A stretch of 34,401 bases of DNA from the NCBI GenBank assembly GCA_964428485.1, contig CAYRYP010000004.1, forward strand, positions 1-34,401. Reading direction: 5' to 3'. Below, piece by piece: positions 1 to 11,138 of the stretch. The DNA is from an uncultured Coriobacteriaceae bacterium. Its GTDB lineage: Bacteria > Actinomycetota > Coriobacteriia > Coriobacteriales > CADBOM01. Every line of letters begins with the position of its first letter. Within the stretch, counting starts at the first letter, position 1. Under the pieces are notes generated by a model that did not search any database, had not been told where the DNA came from, and saw only the letters and a program-made list of their open reading frames with translations. Made by a program: the position numbers and the translations under genes.

Positions 1-224
1 GCTGGGTCGTCGTAGAAGTCATGCCAGAACGCGGTAATCGGAGGAGCAGATCTCGCTGGACACGCTGAACAGCAGATCGCGCAGTCACCGGAATGAGCGC
101 CGATGTTGTCGATCGAGCACCGAGGCTCCCCAGCCAGCGCTTAGAATTGTGATGTTGTTGGAGGCGTGTCTGCGCCGGTCGTATAAGGTGCGGACGATCC
201 AGATGGGCTGCATGGAGGTGCGGG

Positions 225-881
225 ATGATCCTGCGGGATCTGGTGTTGAATGGGGCCACGCTCGCTGACGGGGGCTCGGTGAAAGACGAGGCCTGGAGGC
301 TGTTGCGCGAGACTCTGAGACACTCCATCGCCAACTCCGACGTTGACGTCTCCCCCGCACGCCCCGCACCCTGGGCACTTGACGCAACGCTCGAGCACGC
401 CGAGGGCGGCAAGCCCCGCTTCACAGACTGGCCCGGCGTCTCTTTCTCCATCTCACACTGCACCTCAAGGGAGCAGGCCGCCGTCATGTGCGCGATTGAG
501 CTCTCCGACTCGATCTCATCCTTGCCCGCCCCGCCTGTGGGATGCGACGTGGAGCTCGTCTCACGCTTCGAGCGCCTCCCAGAGCCGTTCGCCAAACGCT
601 TCCCAACCGGGCCCGCCGCCGAGATCGTCCGCTCGCTCGATCCGAACCTCAGACCCGAGGCCCTATGCGCACTGTGGACCGCCGAGGAGGCGTTCGGCAA
701 GATGACCGGGTCCGGCATAGGGCGCGAGGTTATCTCGATGGACTTTTCTCCCGTCCTCGAAGCCTACCTAGAAAACCCCGAAGGGTTAGTCGAGGTCTGC
801 GCGCTTGGATGCAGGTTCACATGTTATGCGTCCGGCGGCTTCAGGCTCTCCGCAGCTGTTGGGACCAAGCACACCTCATAA
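225..881 (+). CDS. 4'-phosphopantetheinyl transferase (Sfp/AcpT-type)
   Basis: 218-aa ORF. GGAGGTG SD lies 5 nt upstream of ATG 225. PPTase-superfamily motifs: GKPRF...SISHC, GCDVE (acidic metal-binding motif) and WTAEEAFGKMTG (W-x-x-KEA-x-x-K-like). Confidence 0.7.
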   Translation: MILRDLVLNGATLADGGSVKDEAWRLLRETLRHSIANSDVDVSPARPAPWALDATLEHAEGGKPRFTDWPGVSFSISHCTSREQAAVMCAIELSDSISSLPAPPVGCDVELVSRFERLPEPFAKRFPTGPAAEIVRSLDPNLRPEALCALWTAEEAFGKMTGSGIGREVISMDFSPVLEAYLENPEGLVEVCALGCRFTCYASGGFRLSAAVGTKHTS

Positions 882-1058
882 CGATCAAACGCCCAAAACC
901 TGGCTTGAGCCGAAATGTCCTCCCGGCGATCGAAAGCCCTACGCACCCTGCTAAAAGCGTGTAGATTCCCTGAAACGAAGCCGTATCCGGAACGCGAGCA
1001 CCTCAGCGCGTCATGCCTGTCATATCATGAGCATTCGTGTGCGAAAGGAGGATGCCCC

Positions 1059-1808
1059 TTGGAAGCGGCATTTATGGAGTTCATAAACAACTTCGGATAC
1101 TTTGCGATCGCTGCGCTCATCTTTCTGGAGAACGTCTTTCCCCCTATACCGAGCGAGCTCATCCTGCCCCTATCGGGATTCCTGTGCGTTTCCTCGGAGA
1201 TGATACTCCCCCTGGTGATAGCCTTTGCGACGATCGGCTCCGTGCTGGGGGCCTACGTGCTCTACGGAATCGGCAGGCTCCTCAACGAGGACAGGCTCTT
1301 CAGGTTCTTCGAGACTAGGCCGATGAAGCTGCTTGGCTTCAAGGGCGATGACATCTCCAAGGCGGTCTCATGGTTTAACCGCAGGGGGCAGATCTCCGTT
1401 CTCATATGCCGCTTCGTCCCAATCGTACGAAGCCTCATCTCGATCCCCGCGGGGGTCGCCAAGATGAACATCCTCAAGTTCACCGTGTACACGCTAATAG
1501 GATCGGCAATCTGGAACTCAATCCTCTGCACGCTCGGGCTCTTCGCCGGAAACGCATGGGAGACCGTCACCGAGCAGGCCGAGTGGATCAGCGACATCGC
1601 GGTCTACGTTATAGCTGTGATCGTGATCGTGGTCGCGATCTTCTGGATCATGAAAAGGATCATCCCCAACGCCAGGGAACGCAAGGCCGCGAAGGCGGCT
1701 GCTGTAGCGGGCGAGGTCACCACAGCCCAGGAGTCCCCCAGCAAGAAGGACTCTGCCAACGGCTCGGACGGCACTCCCACCAACGGTGGAAAGCACATCA
1801 GGCGCTGA
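1059..1808 (+). CDS. DedA family inner-membrane protein
   Basis: DedA signature FLENVFPPIPSELILPLSGF, several TM segments and a Lys/Ala-rich tail. The ORF-track start at 915 has no SD. A perfect AAAGGAGG (1044-1051) sits 7 nt before in-frame TTG 1059, and the next in-frame ATG is 1074. The start is therefore 1059 or 1074. Confidence 0.85.
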   Translation: MEAAFMEFINNFGYFAIAALIFLENVFPPIPSELILPLSGFLCVSSEMILPLVIAFATIGSVLGAYVLYGIGRLLNEDRLFRFFETRPMKLLGFKGDDISKAVSWFNRRGQISVLICRFVPIVRSLISIPAGVAKMNILKFTVYTLIGSAIWNSILCTLGLFAGNAWETVTEQAEWISDIAVYVIAVIVIVVAIFWIMKRIIPNARERKAAKAAAVAGEVTTAQESPSKKDSANGSDGTPTNGGKHIRR

Positions 1809-1814
1809 GTTGCA

Positions 1815-2723
1815 ATGCGTGAGATGAGGCGCATGCACATGCGCTCTCCGAAGGGCTTCGTACTCGAGGAGGCGCTGGAGCGCTATGCCGATGCCATCGA
1901 AACGCGGCCACAGAACTGGGCCGGCAGATGGGCCCGGGCATGCCACGACTTCTCCGGAGACGGCGAGGGCTCGTTCGGGCGCGTGTGGCTAGACCTGGGG
2001 TGCGGCAAGGGAAATTGGATCTCCCAGGCGGCGCCCGTCTATCCAGACACTCTCTTCATTGGAGTCGATGCCGAACCGATGTGTGTGGCGAGAACCGCTC
2101 AAGCGATCAGTGAGGGCGGGATACGAAACGCCGTCGTGATCCCGGGGCTTGCAAGCGACGTTCACAGTTTCTTCGGGGCGGGCGAGCTCTCTGGGATATC
2201 TATGAACTTCCCCACCCCGTTTCCGCGCAAAAAGGACGCTCCGCTTCGGATTGTGCACATGGATAGGCTAGCGGAGTTCAGACGGATCCTAGCGCCGGAA
2301 GGCCGAATCGAGCTCCGCACCGACAGCCTGCCACTACGCGATTTTGCTCTGGAGCAGATGATGTGGGCGGGCTTCGAGGCGGTATGGAGCTCCGACGATG
2401 CGAGAAGAGACAGGCCGGGAGACCCTGTCACCGAGTACGAGCGCAAGCTCACTGGCAAGGGAGCGCGGATCTACGCGGTGACGATGGTTGCCGGAGAGCA
2501 GCCCGAGAGACTCGAGCAAAGATCCTCGCTCAGCCTGATGGACTACCTCCCAAAAGACCTCTCATCCATGGAATACGTCCCGCACGGCATGGATGCTGCT
2601 GTGGAGAACCTGAAAAACCGCAGAAGACGCGCCGAGGAAAACGGAGGTGTATTTCTAGCGGGGCACCAGAATCGACTCCACGACATTGAATTAACCGACA
2701 CCGAAACGATCCCAAGGCCGTAA
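1815..2723 (+). CDS. trmB: tRNA (guanine-N7)-methyltransferase TrmB, with long C-terminal extension
   Basis: SAM-binding motif WLDLGCGKG. Also IGVD, NFPTPFPRKK and RILAPEGRIELRTD blocks typical of TrmB. At 302 aa it is longer than typical TrmB. Several in-frame Met codons lie at the N-terminus, so the exact start is uncertain. Confidence 0.8.
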   Translation: MREMRRMHMRSPKGFVLEEALERYADAIETRPQNWAGRWARACHDFSGDGEGSFGRVWLDLGCGKGNWISQAAPVYPDTLFIGVDAEPMCVARTAQAISEGGIRNAVVIPGLASDVHSFFGAGELSGISMNFPTPFPRKKDAPLRIVHMDRLAEFRRILAPEGRIELRTDSLPLRDFALEQMMWAGFEAVWSSDDARRDRPGDPVTEYERKLTGKGARIYAVTMVAGEQPERLEQRSSLSLMDYLPKDLSSMEYVPHGMDAAVENLKNRRRRAEENGGVFLAGHQNRLHDIELTDTETIPRP

Positions 2724-2789
2724 ACGGGTGTTTTGCAGCCGCGAAGTGCAGTCTGTGTAGCGTTTTGATGTAATGCCTGTAAAGCCTGT

Positions 2790-2818
2790 GTGGCACCGGC
2801 GCGTCGCTGCGGTATAGT
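2790..2818 (+). promoter_or_regulatory. Candidate sigma-70-type promoter (GTGGCA-N17-TATAGT) for the 2894-6962 gene block
   Basis: TATAGT at 2813-2818, with GTGGCA 17 nt upstream. It lies in the 170-nt gap after the trmB stop. Pattern match only. Confidence 0.3.
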
Positions 2819-2893
2819 CCCCCCTAGTTAAAACCAACGACACGGGCGATTCGAACGGCTTGCGCACCCACGATTGGAGCATGAAACTACACG

Positions 2894-3307
2894 ATGGGCT
2901 TTCTAAGACAACTTCAATGGAGATTCGCGGCATGGATGCAGGGGCGAAATGGCAATGACCAGCTGTCCTTCGCGCTCACGGTACTGTGCCTGGTCTTTCT
3001 GGTGGTGGACTCCATAACCGGAGTCGGCATCTTCTGGATACTGGCGGTAGCGGCGCTCGTACTCGCGATGTTCCGCACCTTCTCGCGCAACATCGGACGC
3101 AGGCGAGCGGAGAACGAGGCCTTTATGAGGCTGATCGGCAAGCCGAGAAAGTTCATATCTGTCACGAGCAAGAGATTCAAAAACCGCAAGACCACAATGT
3201 ACTTCAAGTGCGAGGGCTGCAAGACAGTCCTCTCCGTGCCGAGAGGCAAGGGTAGGATCAAGATCACCTGCCCGAAGTGCCACAGACAGACGATCCGCAA
3301 ATCATGA
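2894..3307 (+). CDS. Small membrane protein with C-terminal zinc-ribbon (CxxC...CxxC)
   Basis: 137-aa ORF. The hydrophobic hairpin LSFALTVLCLVFLVVDSITGVGIFWILAVAALVLAMF is followed by a basic linker and YFKCEGCKTVLSVPRGKGRIKITCPKCH. The SD is weak, and an alternative in-frame start is ATG 2936. Confidence 0.6.
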   Translation: MGFLRQLQWRFAAWMQGRNGNDQLSFALTVLCLVFLVVDSITGVGIFWILAVAALVLAMFRTFSRNIGRRRAENEAFMRLIGKPRKFISVTSKRFKNRKTTMYFKCEGCKTVLSVPRGKGRIKITCPKCHRQTIRKS

Positions 3308-3386
3308 CGCAAAGGATGACAACGACGGGATTCAACATCGCACGCCAGATGGACGCAAAACCGCAACCGGTGGAGACGAGGGTCTG

Positions 3387-4286
3387 ATGTTTGGCTACCT
3401 TGTGGCCAACTCCAACGCCCTCGACGAGGCGGAAAGCGAACGGTATCATGCCGCCTACTGCGGGCTGTGCCGAACCCTGGCGGACAGGCACGGCCAGCGC
3501 GCCCGCATGGGGCTCACGTACGACATGGTGTTCCTCGTGCTGCTGATGGGTTCCCTCTACGAGCCAGAGGAGACTAGCAGCTCCACGAGATGCGCGATCC
3601 ACCCGCTCAAGCTCCATCCGACACTTACGACCGACGTGGACGAATACGCCGCCGACATCACCGTGGCGCTCTCCTACCACAAGGCCCTGGACGACTGGAA
3701 CGACGAGCGCAGCAAACGCGCCCGCACATGGGCCGCGGCGATACGCGGGGCATACAGGAGGGCAGAGACGTCCATCCCGGTGCAATGCATGTCGATCGAG
3801 AACGGGCTGTCTGAGCTAGGGAGCATGGAAGCAGCGTCCAAGCCCGACCCGGACGGGGCGGCGGCGGTGTTCGGATCGATAATGGCCGACATCTTCGCAC
3901 CGCGCGATGACGAGTGGTCAAGGGCACTGCGGGCCTTCGGAGACAGACTGGGAAGGTTCATATATCTGATGGACGCGCTCTGTGACATGGAGGAGGACGC
4001 CCGCAAGGGTACCTACAACCCGCTTCTGGCCGCAGGAATCTCCCGCTCGGAGGCCATGGAGCCCATCACCGCCCACATCGGCGGCGCGACGGAGATCTTC
4101 GAGAAACTACCTCTCGAGCGCGACTTGCATCTCATGCGAAGCGTTCTCTACTCGGGGGTATGGCACAAGTACAATCTTCTAATCGAGAGGGAGAAACGGC
4201 GCGCCAACCGCAAGGGCGACGATGCCGTGGGAGGGGTCGCCAACCCCATCCAAGCACAGGACAAGGCAGAACAGGACAGGGAGTAG
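3387..4286 (+). CDS. Conserved hypothetical protein, DUF5685-like (N-terminal YCGLC motif)
   Basis: 299-aa ORF with GAGG SD 6 nt upstream of the ATG. The N-terminus MFGYLVANSNALDEAESERYHAAYCGLCRTL...LTYDMVFLVLLMGSL matches my memory of the DUF5685 family. That family is usually found next to J-domain and Hsp70 genes. Family assignment is not verified by search. Confidence 0.55.
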   Translation: MFGYLVANSNALDEAESERYHAAYCGLCRTLADRHGQRARMGLTYDMVFLVLLMGSLYEPEETSSSTRCAIHPLKLHPTLTTDVDEYAADITVALSYHKALDDWNDERSKRARTWAAAIRGAYRRAETSIPVQCMSIENGLSELGSMEAASKPDPDGAAAVFGSIMADIFAPRDDEWSRALRAFGDRLGRFIYLMDALCDMEEDARKGTYNPLLAAGISRSEAMEPITAHIGGATEIFEKLPLERDLHLMRSVLYSGVWHKYNLLIEREKRRANRKGDDAVGGVANPIQAQDKAEQDRE

Positions 4287-5102
4287 ATGGCTGAGAGTCC
4301 CTACGAGATCCTCGGTGTCGACGAGAACGCCTCGCTGGACGAGGTGAAAAAGGCATACCGTAAGAAGGCCAGGGAGAACCACCCCGACCTCAACCCTAAC
4401 GACCCAGATGCGGCCGAGCGAATGAACAAGATCAACGAGGCCTACGACCGCATCATGAACCCGGACAAGTACGCCGCGAGCGACAGGAGACGCCAGCAGT
4501 CGTCGACGAGCAGCTCGCAGGGATACGGTGGATCCACCGGCTACGGACAGCAGGGCTACGGCACAGGGGGTTATGGGCAGACCACCCAAGATCGCGGCGG
4601 CTACGGCGGGTACCGCAGCGACGGGCCTGGCGGCTGGACCGGCGACTTCGACTTCGACGACTTCTTCGGCTACGGCGCCTATACGAATGCCGCACCCGTG
4701 CATCCAGGGGTCATCGCCGGGGACAGCTCGGAGATGGTCGCCGCGATCAACGCGATCAACTCCGACCGAAGCGCAGAGGCGATCAAGATCCTCTCCTCTA
4801 TACCCAGCACCGGACGCAACGCAAGGTGGCACTACATCAGCGCCGTCGCCAACAAGTACGCCGGCAACGAGATGAGAGCCCTCGAGCACATCCGCAAGGC
4901 AATACAGATGGACCCGGGCAACTCCGACTACGAGCGCGCACAGAACTGGATATCACAGCAGGCCTATACATACAGACAGCAGGGCAACGCACGCGGGTTC
5001 TCGATGGATATGACGAGCGCCGCCGCGATCTGCTGCGGACTTTGGGTATGCATGCCCACGATGTGTAGCTTCTGCTCTCCGTACCATTTCCTGCTCTGCT
5101 GA
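4287..5102 (+). CDS. J-domain protein: J domain, G/Y-rich region, TPR-like region and Cys-rich hydrophobic tail (not a canonical DnaJ)
   Basis: J domain YEILGVDENASLDEVKKAYRKKARENHPDLNP with the HPD motif. The ATG directly abuts the upstream TAG stop. The CxxCxGxG zinc-finger domain of type I DnaJ is absent. C-terminal 24 aa: ICCGLWVCMPTMCSFCSPYHFLLC. Confidence 0.9.
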   Translation: MAESPYEILGVDENASLDEVKKAYRKKARENHPDLNPNDPDAAERMNKINEAYDRIMNPDKYAASDRRRQQSSTSSSQGYGGSTGYGQQGYGTGGYGQTTQDRGGYGGYRSDGPGGWTGDFDFDDFFGYGAYTNAAPVHPGVIAGDSSEMVAAINAINSDRSAEAIKILSSIPSTGRNARWHYISAVANKYAGNEMRALEHIRKAIQMDPGNSDYERAQNWISQQAYTYRQQGNARGFSMDMTSAAAICCGLWVCMPTMCSFCSPYHFLLC

Positions 5103-5192
5103 TGGTCGGGCACGCGAGCGATAGATAGGACGATCAAGTAGGACAAGCGCGGCAAACGCGATGGAATCAAGCTAATTCGGAAGGACTTTTGC

Positions 5193-6962
<1,770 letters not shown>

Positions 6963-7022
6963 AGACGCCGCACTGCCATGTTGCGTCCCCATGCCCACGA
7001 TGGGCTTGCGATCCCTGGGGGA

Positions 7023-7487
7023 TCAAAGCATCATCGGACCGTCCGACTGCTGGATCTCGGGCGTGTCAATGGACTTGATCAATGTGATCTCGAAGTTGAG
7101 CGCCTGACCCGCTAGCGGGTGGTTGAGATCCATCGTGACCATGTCGTCCTCTATGGAGACCACCAGCATCGGCCTGAACCCCTCTGGTCCCTGCATCACG
7201 ATGCGCGAGCCGATAGGCAGGTTCCTGCCGTTGGGGATGGAATCGACGGGATACTGTACGATGTTGCTTTCGGAGTGCTCCCCGTACGCCTCCTCCACTG
7301 GAATGTGGACCTTCTTGGTCTCGCCGATCTCCATGTCCATGACGGCCTTCTCGAACCCGTCGATGACCTGGCCCGCGCCGCATAGGAACTCGATCGGCTC
7401 GCCCTGCTCCTTGGAGGAGTCGAAGACCGTTCCGTCGTCGAGTGTGCCGACGTACTCGCAGGTGACGCGCCTGCCCCTGTTGTCCAT
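7023..7487 (-). CDS. FKBP-type peptidyl-prolyl cis-trans isomerase (SlyD-like, with insert-in-flap domain)
   Basis: YVGTLDDGTVFDSS...PIEFLCGAGQVIDGFEKAVMDMEIGE and C-terminal HPLAGQALNFEITL are typical of SlyD/FKBP. GGAGG SD lies 6 nt upstream of ATG 7487. Confidence 0.85.
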   Translation of the reverse strand: MDNRGRRVTCEYVGTLDDGTVFDSSKEQGEPIEFLCGAGQVIDGFEKAVMDMEIGETKKVHIPVEEAYGEHSESNIVQYPVDSIPNGRNLPIGSRIVMQGPEGFRPMLVVSIEDDMVTMDLNHPLAGQALNFEITLIKSIDTPEIQQSDGPMML

Positions 7488-7709
7488 TGGTTGCCTCCCA
7501 AGGTCGTAATAGCGTTTCTAGCCATCATACCCATCTCGTTCGTCGCGATACCCGCGATCCCGGCCGTCGTATCGACTTCTGTCGCGATCGTCACAGCCAG
7601 ATGCGCCCACCTCACCGATTCGCGCCGACACGTGCCCAGCCAAGACGGGTAACACCACTTTGGGGCATAATATCCGCGTCGGCGCAAACAGATACCGGAT
7701 GGAGGCCAG

Positions 7710-8288
7710 ATGTCCACCCTATTCGTAAACGCATGCATGCGCGGAAACAATTCACGCACGCTGGAGCTCTGCCGCCGCCACCTGGCGCATATAGATACCG
7801 AGATAGTTGAGATCGACCTCGGCACACTCGACCTGAAACCACTCAATGGAGCGGCAGTCGAGTACCGCACCGAGAGACAGGAGAGGCAAGACTGGGACGA
7901 TCCGATCTTCGATCTCGCAAGGCAGTTCGCAGCAGCAGAGGACATCGTCGTGGGTGCACCGTTCTGGGATCTGTCGCTGCCCGCAGCGCTCAAGACCTAC
8001 GTGGAGCATGTCAGCGTGGCCGGGATCACCTTCGACTACACGGAGGACTGCCACTATCGTGGGCTTTGCCGCGCGGGGATGATCACCTACATCACCACGA
8101 GCGGTGGGTACATCGTGGAGACCAACTTCGGTGTCAACGCCGGCTACGATTACATCGCCTCTATCGCGAGGATGTTCGGAATCCCCAAGACCCGCATGGC
8201 CATAGCCGAGGGTCTCGACATCTGGGGAGTAGATGTTGAGACCGAGCTGGACAAGGCGCGTGCGCAGATAGACGCCTGGTGGAAGTGA
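7710..8288 (+). CDS. Flavodoxin-fold NAD(P)H-dependent oxidoreductase (AzoR/ACP-phosphodiesterase-like)
   Basis: 192-aa ORF. The GAPFWDLSLPAALKTYVEHVSVAGITFDYTE block resembles the FMN-dependent azoreductase/flavodoxin_2 family. GGATGGAGG SD is upstream. Confidence 0.6.
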   Translation: MSTLFVNACMRGNNSRTLELCRRHLAHIDTEIVEIDLGTLDLKPLNGAAVEYRTERQERQDWDDPIFDLARQFAAAEDIVVGAPFWDLSLPAALKTYVEHVSVAGITFDYTEDCHYRGLCRAGMITYITTSGGYIVETNFGVNAGYDYIASIARMFGIPKTRMAIAEGLDIWGVDVETELDKARAQIDAWWK

Positions 8289-8347
8289 CGCGCCCTCATC
8301 CTCGCGTCCGCATATATGAGCGGACGGCTTGGCAAGCCCGGGCCTCC

Positions 8348-8941
8348 TCAGACCTCTAACACGGCTTTCGAGATCAGCGAGCGCAGCTCGTCTATTCCCG
8401 TTCCCTTCTCGGACGAGGTAACTATCATGCTTACGTCCTTCGGGAGGCCGAGCTGCCGTTTGATCACAGCGGCCTGCCTTGCGGCCTGGGCCTTCGAGAG
8501 CTTATCGGCCTTCGTGAGCGCTATCGCAAAAGGCTTCCCCGACTCAAGAAGAAAGTTGATCATCTGAACATCGAGGTTGCTCGCTTCGTGGCGTATGTCC
8601 ACGAGCGAGACCACCAACGCGAAGCGGCGGTCCTGCTCGAAATAGCCTCCTATCAGCTCCGACCAACGGGTCTTCTCCGATTTCGAAACCTTCGCATACC
8701 CATATCCGGGGAGGTCCACCAGGTCGTAGCCATCGACATCGTAGAAGTTGATGGTGGCGGTCTTCCCGGGCTGGGAGGAAACCTTGGCTAGCCCCTTGCG
8801 GTACATGAGCTTGTTGAGAAGCGACGATTTCCCCACGTTCGAGCGGCCTGCAAAGGAGACCTCGGGCCTCAGCGATCTGGGAAGCTGCGCGGATGTCCCG
8901 TGTGCCGATTTGAACGATGCATTGTGGAAGTTGATTGCCAT
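8348..8941 (-). CDS. engB: Ribosome-biogenesis GTPase EngB/YsxC (YihA)
   Basis: P-loop GRSNVGKSSLLNKL, DLPGYGYA (G3) and TKADK (G4). AGGAA SD is upstream of ATG 8941. Confidence 0.9.
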   Translation of the reverse strand: MAINFHNASFKSAHGTSAQLPRSLRPEVSFAGRSNVGKSSLLNKLMYRKGLAKVSSQPGKTATINFYDVDGYDLVDLPGYGYAKVSKSEKTRWSELIGGYFEQDRRFALVVSLVDIRHEASNLDVQMINFLLESGKPFAIALTKADKLSKAQAARQAAVIKRQLGLPKDVSMIVTSSEKGTGIDELRSLISKAVLEV

Positions 8942-8959
8942 CCGAGTTCCTTTACCTGA

Positions 8960-9355
8960 CTAGCAGCCCATGTCATAGAGGGCATCGTCCATGAACCCGA
9001 AGTAGTGGCCAATCTCGTGGATGACGGTCTTGCGGACCTCCTCCACCACCTGCTCGCGGGTGTCGCAACACCTCTCGTGAGGGCCCTGGAAGATGATTAT
9101 CATGTCGGGCATGTCTGTGTAACCGTAGCCGTCGGCCCGCTCCACCAAGGAGATGCCCTCGTAGATGCCCAGGATATCGTTGCCGTACTCCGCATACTCC
9201 TCGTCGAAGGTGGACTCGATCTGCTCGGAGGTGGGCTCGTCCTGCATCATGATCACGACGTTGTCGAGCGCGTCCATCACCCGCTCGGGCATCGAGTCGA
9301 GGGCGTCGGCGACCACCTGCTCGAACTCATCCTCCGTCATCTCGTACACGGGCAC
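8960..9355 (-). CDS. Small zincin-like metallopeptidase family protein (DUF1025-type)
   Basis: Acidic 131-aa ORF with the HEIGHYFG (HExxH) motif near the C-terminus. The ORF-track start at 9355 is GTG, directly abutting GGGGAGG. An alternative ATG is at 9340 (MTEDEFEQV...). Confidence 0.7.
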   Translation of the reverse strand: MPVYEMTEDEFEQVVADALDSMPERVMDALDNVVIMMQDEPTSEQIESTFDEEYAEYGNDILGIYEGISLVERADGYGYTDMPDMIIIFQGPHERCCDTREQVVEEVRKTVIHEIGHYFGFMDDALYDMGC

Positions 9356-9452
9356 GCCTCCCCTCTGCTCTCCCGGTTTCGCGGCGGCGCGGCCAGTCGC
9401 TCATTGAAGTATAGACGAGAAAGGCGCGCCCCCGAATCCGTCGCCTGGAGCG

Positions 9453-11072
9453 CTAGTGCCTGAAATGCCTGTGGCCAGTGAAGACCATCGCGATGCCATA
9501 TTCGTCGCAAGCCTGGATACTCTCGTCGTCTCGGACCGAGCCGCCCGGCTGGATGATCGCGGTGACTCCGTACTCGGCGAGCACGTCCACGTTGTCGCGG
9601 AACGGGAAGAATGCGTCTGAGGCTGCCACAAGCCCGGTAGGCTCGACCCCCATCCGCCCGCAGGCCTCGTGGGCGCGCTGGCAAGCAAGGCGCGCGGAGT
9701 CCACACGGTTTGGTTGGCCCGGCCCCATGCCTATGCCGGCACGATCGCGTGCAACCAGGATCGCGTTGCTCTTCACACCCTTACAGACCCTCCAAGCAAA
9801 CATCAGATCGTCCATCTCGGCCTCGGTCGGCCTACGCTTGGTGGGCACCGTGAAAGCGGCCGGATCCTCGTCCACGCGGTCTATGCGCTGGGCGAGCATG
9901 CCACCATCCACGGAGCGAAACTCGATTGCAGCAGAAGCGTCGACACCGCCGGTGCGCAGGATGCGAAGGTTCTCCTTCTCCCTGAGCAGCTCCACGGCGC
10001 CGTCCTCGTAGTCGGGGGCAATGATGACCTCCACGAACTGCCCGTTGGCGTGCATATGCTCGACCATCTCACGGGTGACGGTGGCGTTGACCGCGATGAT
10101 CCCGCCAAAGGCGCTCTTCGGGTCACACGCGAAGGCCCTGTCGTAGGCCTCGACCACGGAGCCCGCCACGGCAGAGCCGCAGGGGTTCTGGTGCTTGAGA
10201 ATCATGACCGCGGGCTCAGAGAACTCGCGTGCGAGAGTCCAGCAAGCATCGGTGTCGAGGATGGTGTTATAGGAGAGGGCCTTGCCGCCGAGCTGCTCGG
10301 CGTTGACGAGCGAGTGCGGCGTGGCGAGCGCGTCCATCCTATAGAAGGCCGCAGACTGGTGCGGGTTCTCGCCATAACGGAGCTCCTGCTGCTTGACCAG
10401 GCGTAGCTCCATCTCGTCCGGCGCGTCTGCCATCGGATCCGCTTCGGGAGAGCTAACAGCTACACCGCCGTCATCGAGCTGTCCGCGCATCCAGGTCGCG
10501 ATGGCTCCATCGTAGGAGCTCGTGGTCTCGAAGACGCGAAGCGCTAGCCGACGGCGGGTCTCTAACGTGGTGGCCCCGCCGTGCTCACGCATCTCAGTGA
10601 GGATGGAGTCGTAGCTTGCGGGATCGGTTACCACCGCAACGCTGGCGAAGTTCTTGGCGGCAGAGCGAAGCATGCTCGGACCGCCGATGTCGATGTTCTC
10701 GATGCACTCGTCAAACCCAGCGCCAGACTCGACGGTCTTCTCGAAGGCGTAGAGGTTCACAACGATCATGTCGATCATCCCGATGCCGTGCTCCTCTGCC
10801 TGCCTCATGTGGTCGGGGTTGTCGCGCTTGGCGAGAAGCCCGCCGTGGACCTTGGGATGGAGCGTTTTGACCCTGCCGTCCATCATCTCAGGAAACCCGG
10901 TCAGATCCTCGATCGGAGTCACGTCGACCCCAGCCTTCGCGATCGCGGCGGCGGTGCCACCTGTGGACACGATTTGGGCGCCAAACTCCTCGTGCAGCGC
11001 CTTGGCGAAATCCGCCACTCCGGTCTTGTCGGTCACCGACACGAGTACTCTTTTGACTACCGGGTCGCTCAT
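9453..11072 (-). CDS. purH: Bifunctional AICAR formyltransferase / IMP cyclohydrolase PurH
   Basis: 539 aa. N-terminal MGS-like domain (RVLVSVTDKTG...GRVKTLHPKVHGGLL) and C-terminal AICARFT domain (ALSYNTILDTD, GGIIAVN, IIQPGGSVRD). GGGGG SD is upstream of the ATG. Confidence 0.95.
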   Translation of the reverse strand: MSDPVVKRVLVSVTDKTGVADFAKALHEEFGAQIVSTGGTAAAIAKAGVDVTPIEDLTGFPEMMDGRVKTLHPKVHGGLLAKRDNPDHMRQAEEHGIGMIDMIVVNLYAFEKTVESGAGFDECIENIDIGGPSMLRSAAKNFASVAVVTDPASYDSILTEMREHGGATTLETRRRLALRVFETTSSYDGAIATWMRGQLDDGGVAVSSPEADPMADAPDEMELRLVKQQELRYGENPHQSAAFYRMDALATPHSLVNAEQLGGKALSYNTILDTDACWTLAREFSEPAVMILKHQNPCGSAVAGSVVEAYDRAFACDPKSAFGGIIAVNATVTREMVEHMHANGQFVEVIIAPDYEDGAVELLREKENLRILRTGGVDASAAIEFRSVDGGMLAQRIDRVDEDPAAFTVPTKRRPTEAEMDDLMFAWRVCKGVKSNAILVARDRAGIGMGPGQPNRVDSARLACQRAHEACGRMGVEPTGLVAASDAFFPFRDNVDVLAEYGVTAIIQPGGSVRDDESIQACDEYGIAMVFTGHRHFRH

Positions 11073-11138
11073 CTCATCCCCCTCGATTCGGCTCTTCTAT
11101 CAAAAACCTGACCATCCGCACGCGAACGCACGTTCCGG

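Noticed and set aside
1-224. A possible partial gene at the left edge: a + strand stop at 13-15, or a minus-strand ATG at 22-20 running out of the window.
   Set aside because: Only a handful of codons are visible and neither has a supporting SD, so neither can be called.
1044-1054. ATG at 1052 directly abutting the strong AAAGGAGG SD (frame of ORF 1037..1318).
   Set aside because: There is zero spacing between the SD and the ATG. The frame encodes an Arg/Gly-rich non-protein-like sequence that overlaps DedA. The same SD is ideally spaced (7 nt) for the in-frame TTG 1059 of DedA.
8305-8326. Hairpin CGTCCGC-atatatga-GCGGACG between the convergent oxidoreductase and engB genes, as a possible terminator. 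A similar case is GATCCC-tgg-GGGATC at about 7011-7025.
   Set aside because: The stems are short and have no adjacent T-tract on either strand. Evidence is insufficient to annotate them as terminators.
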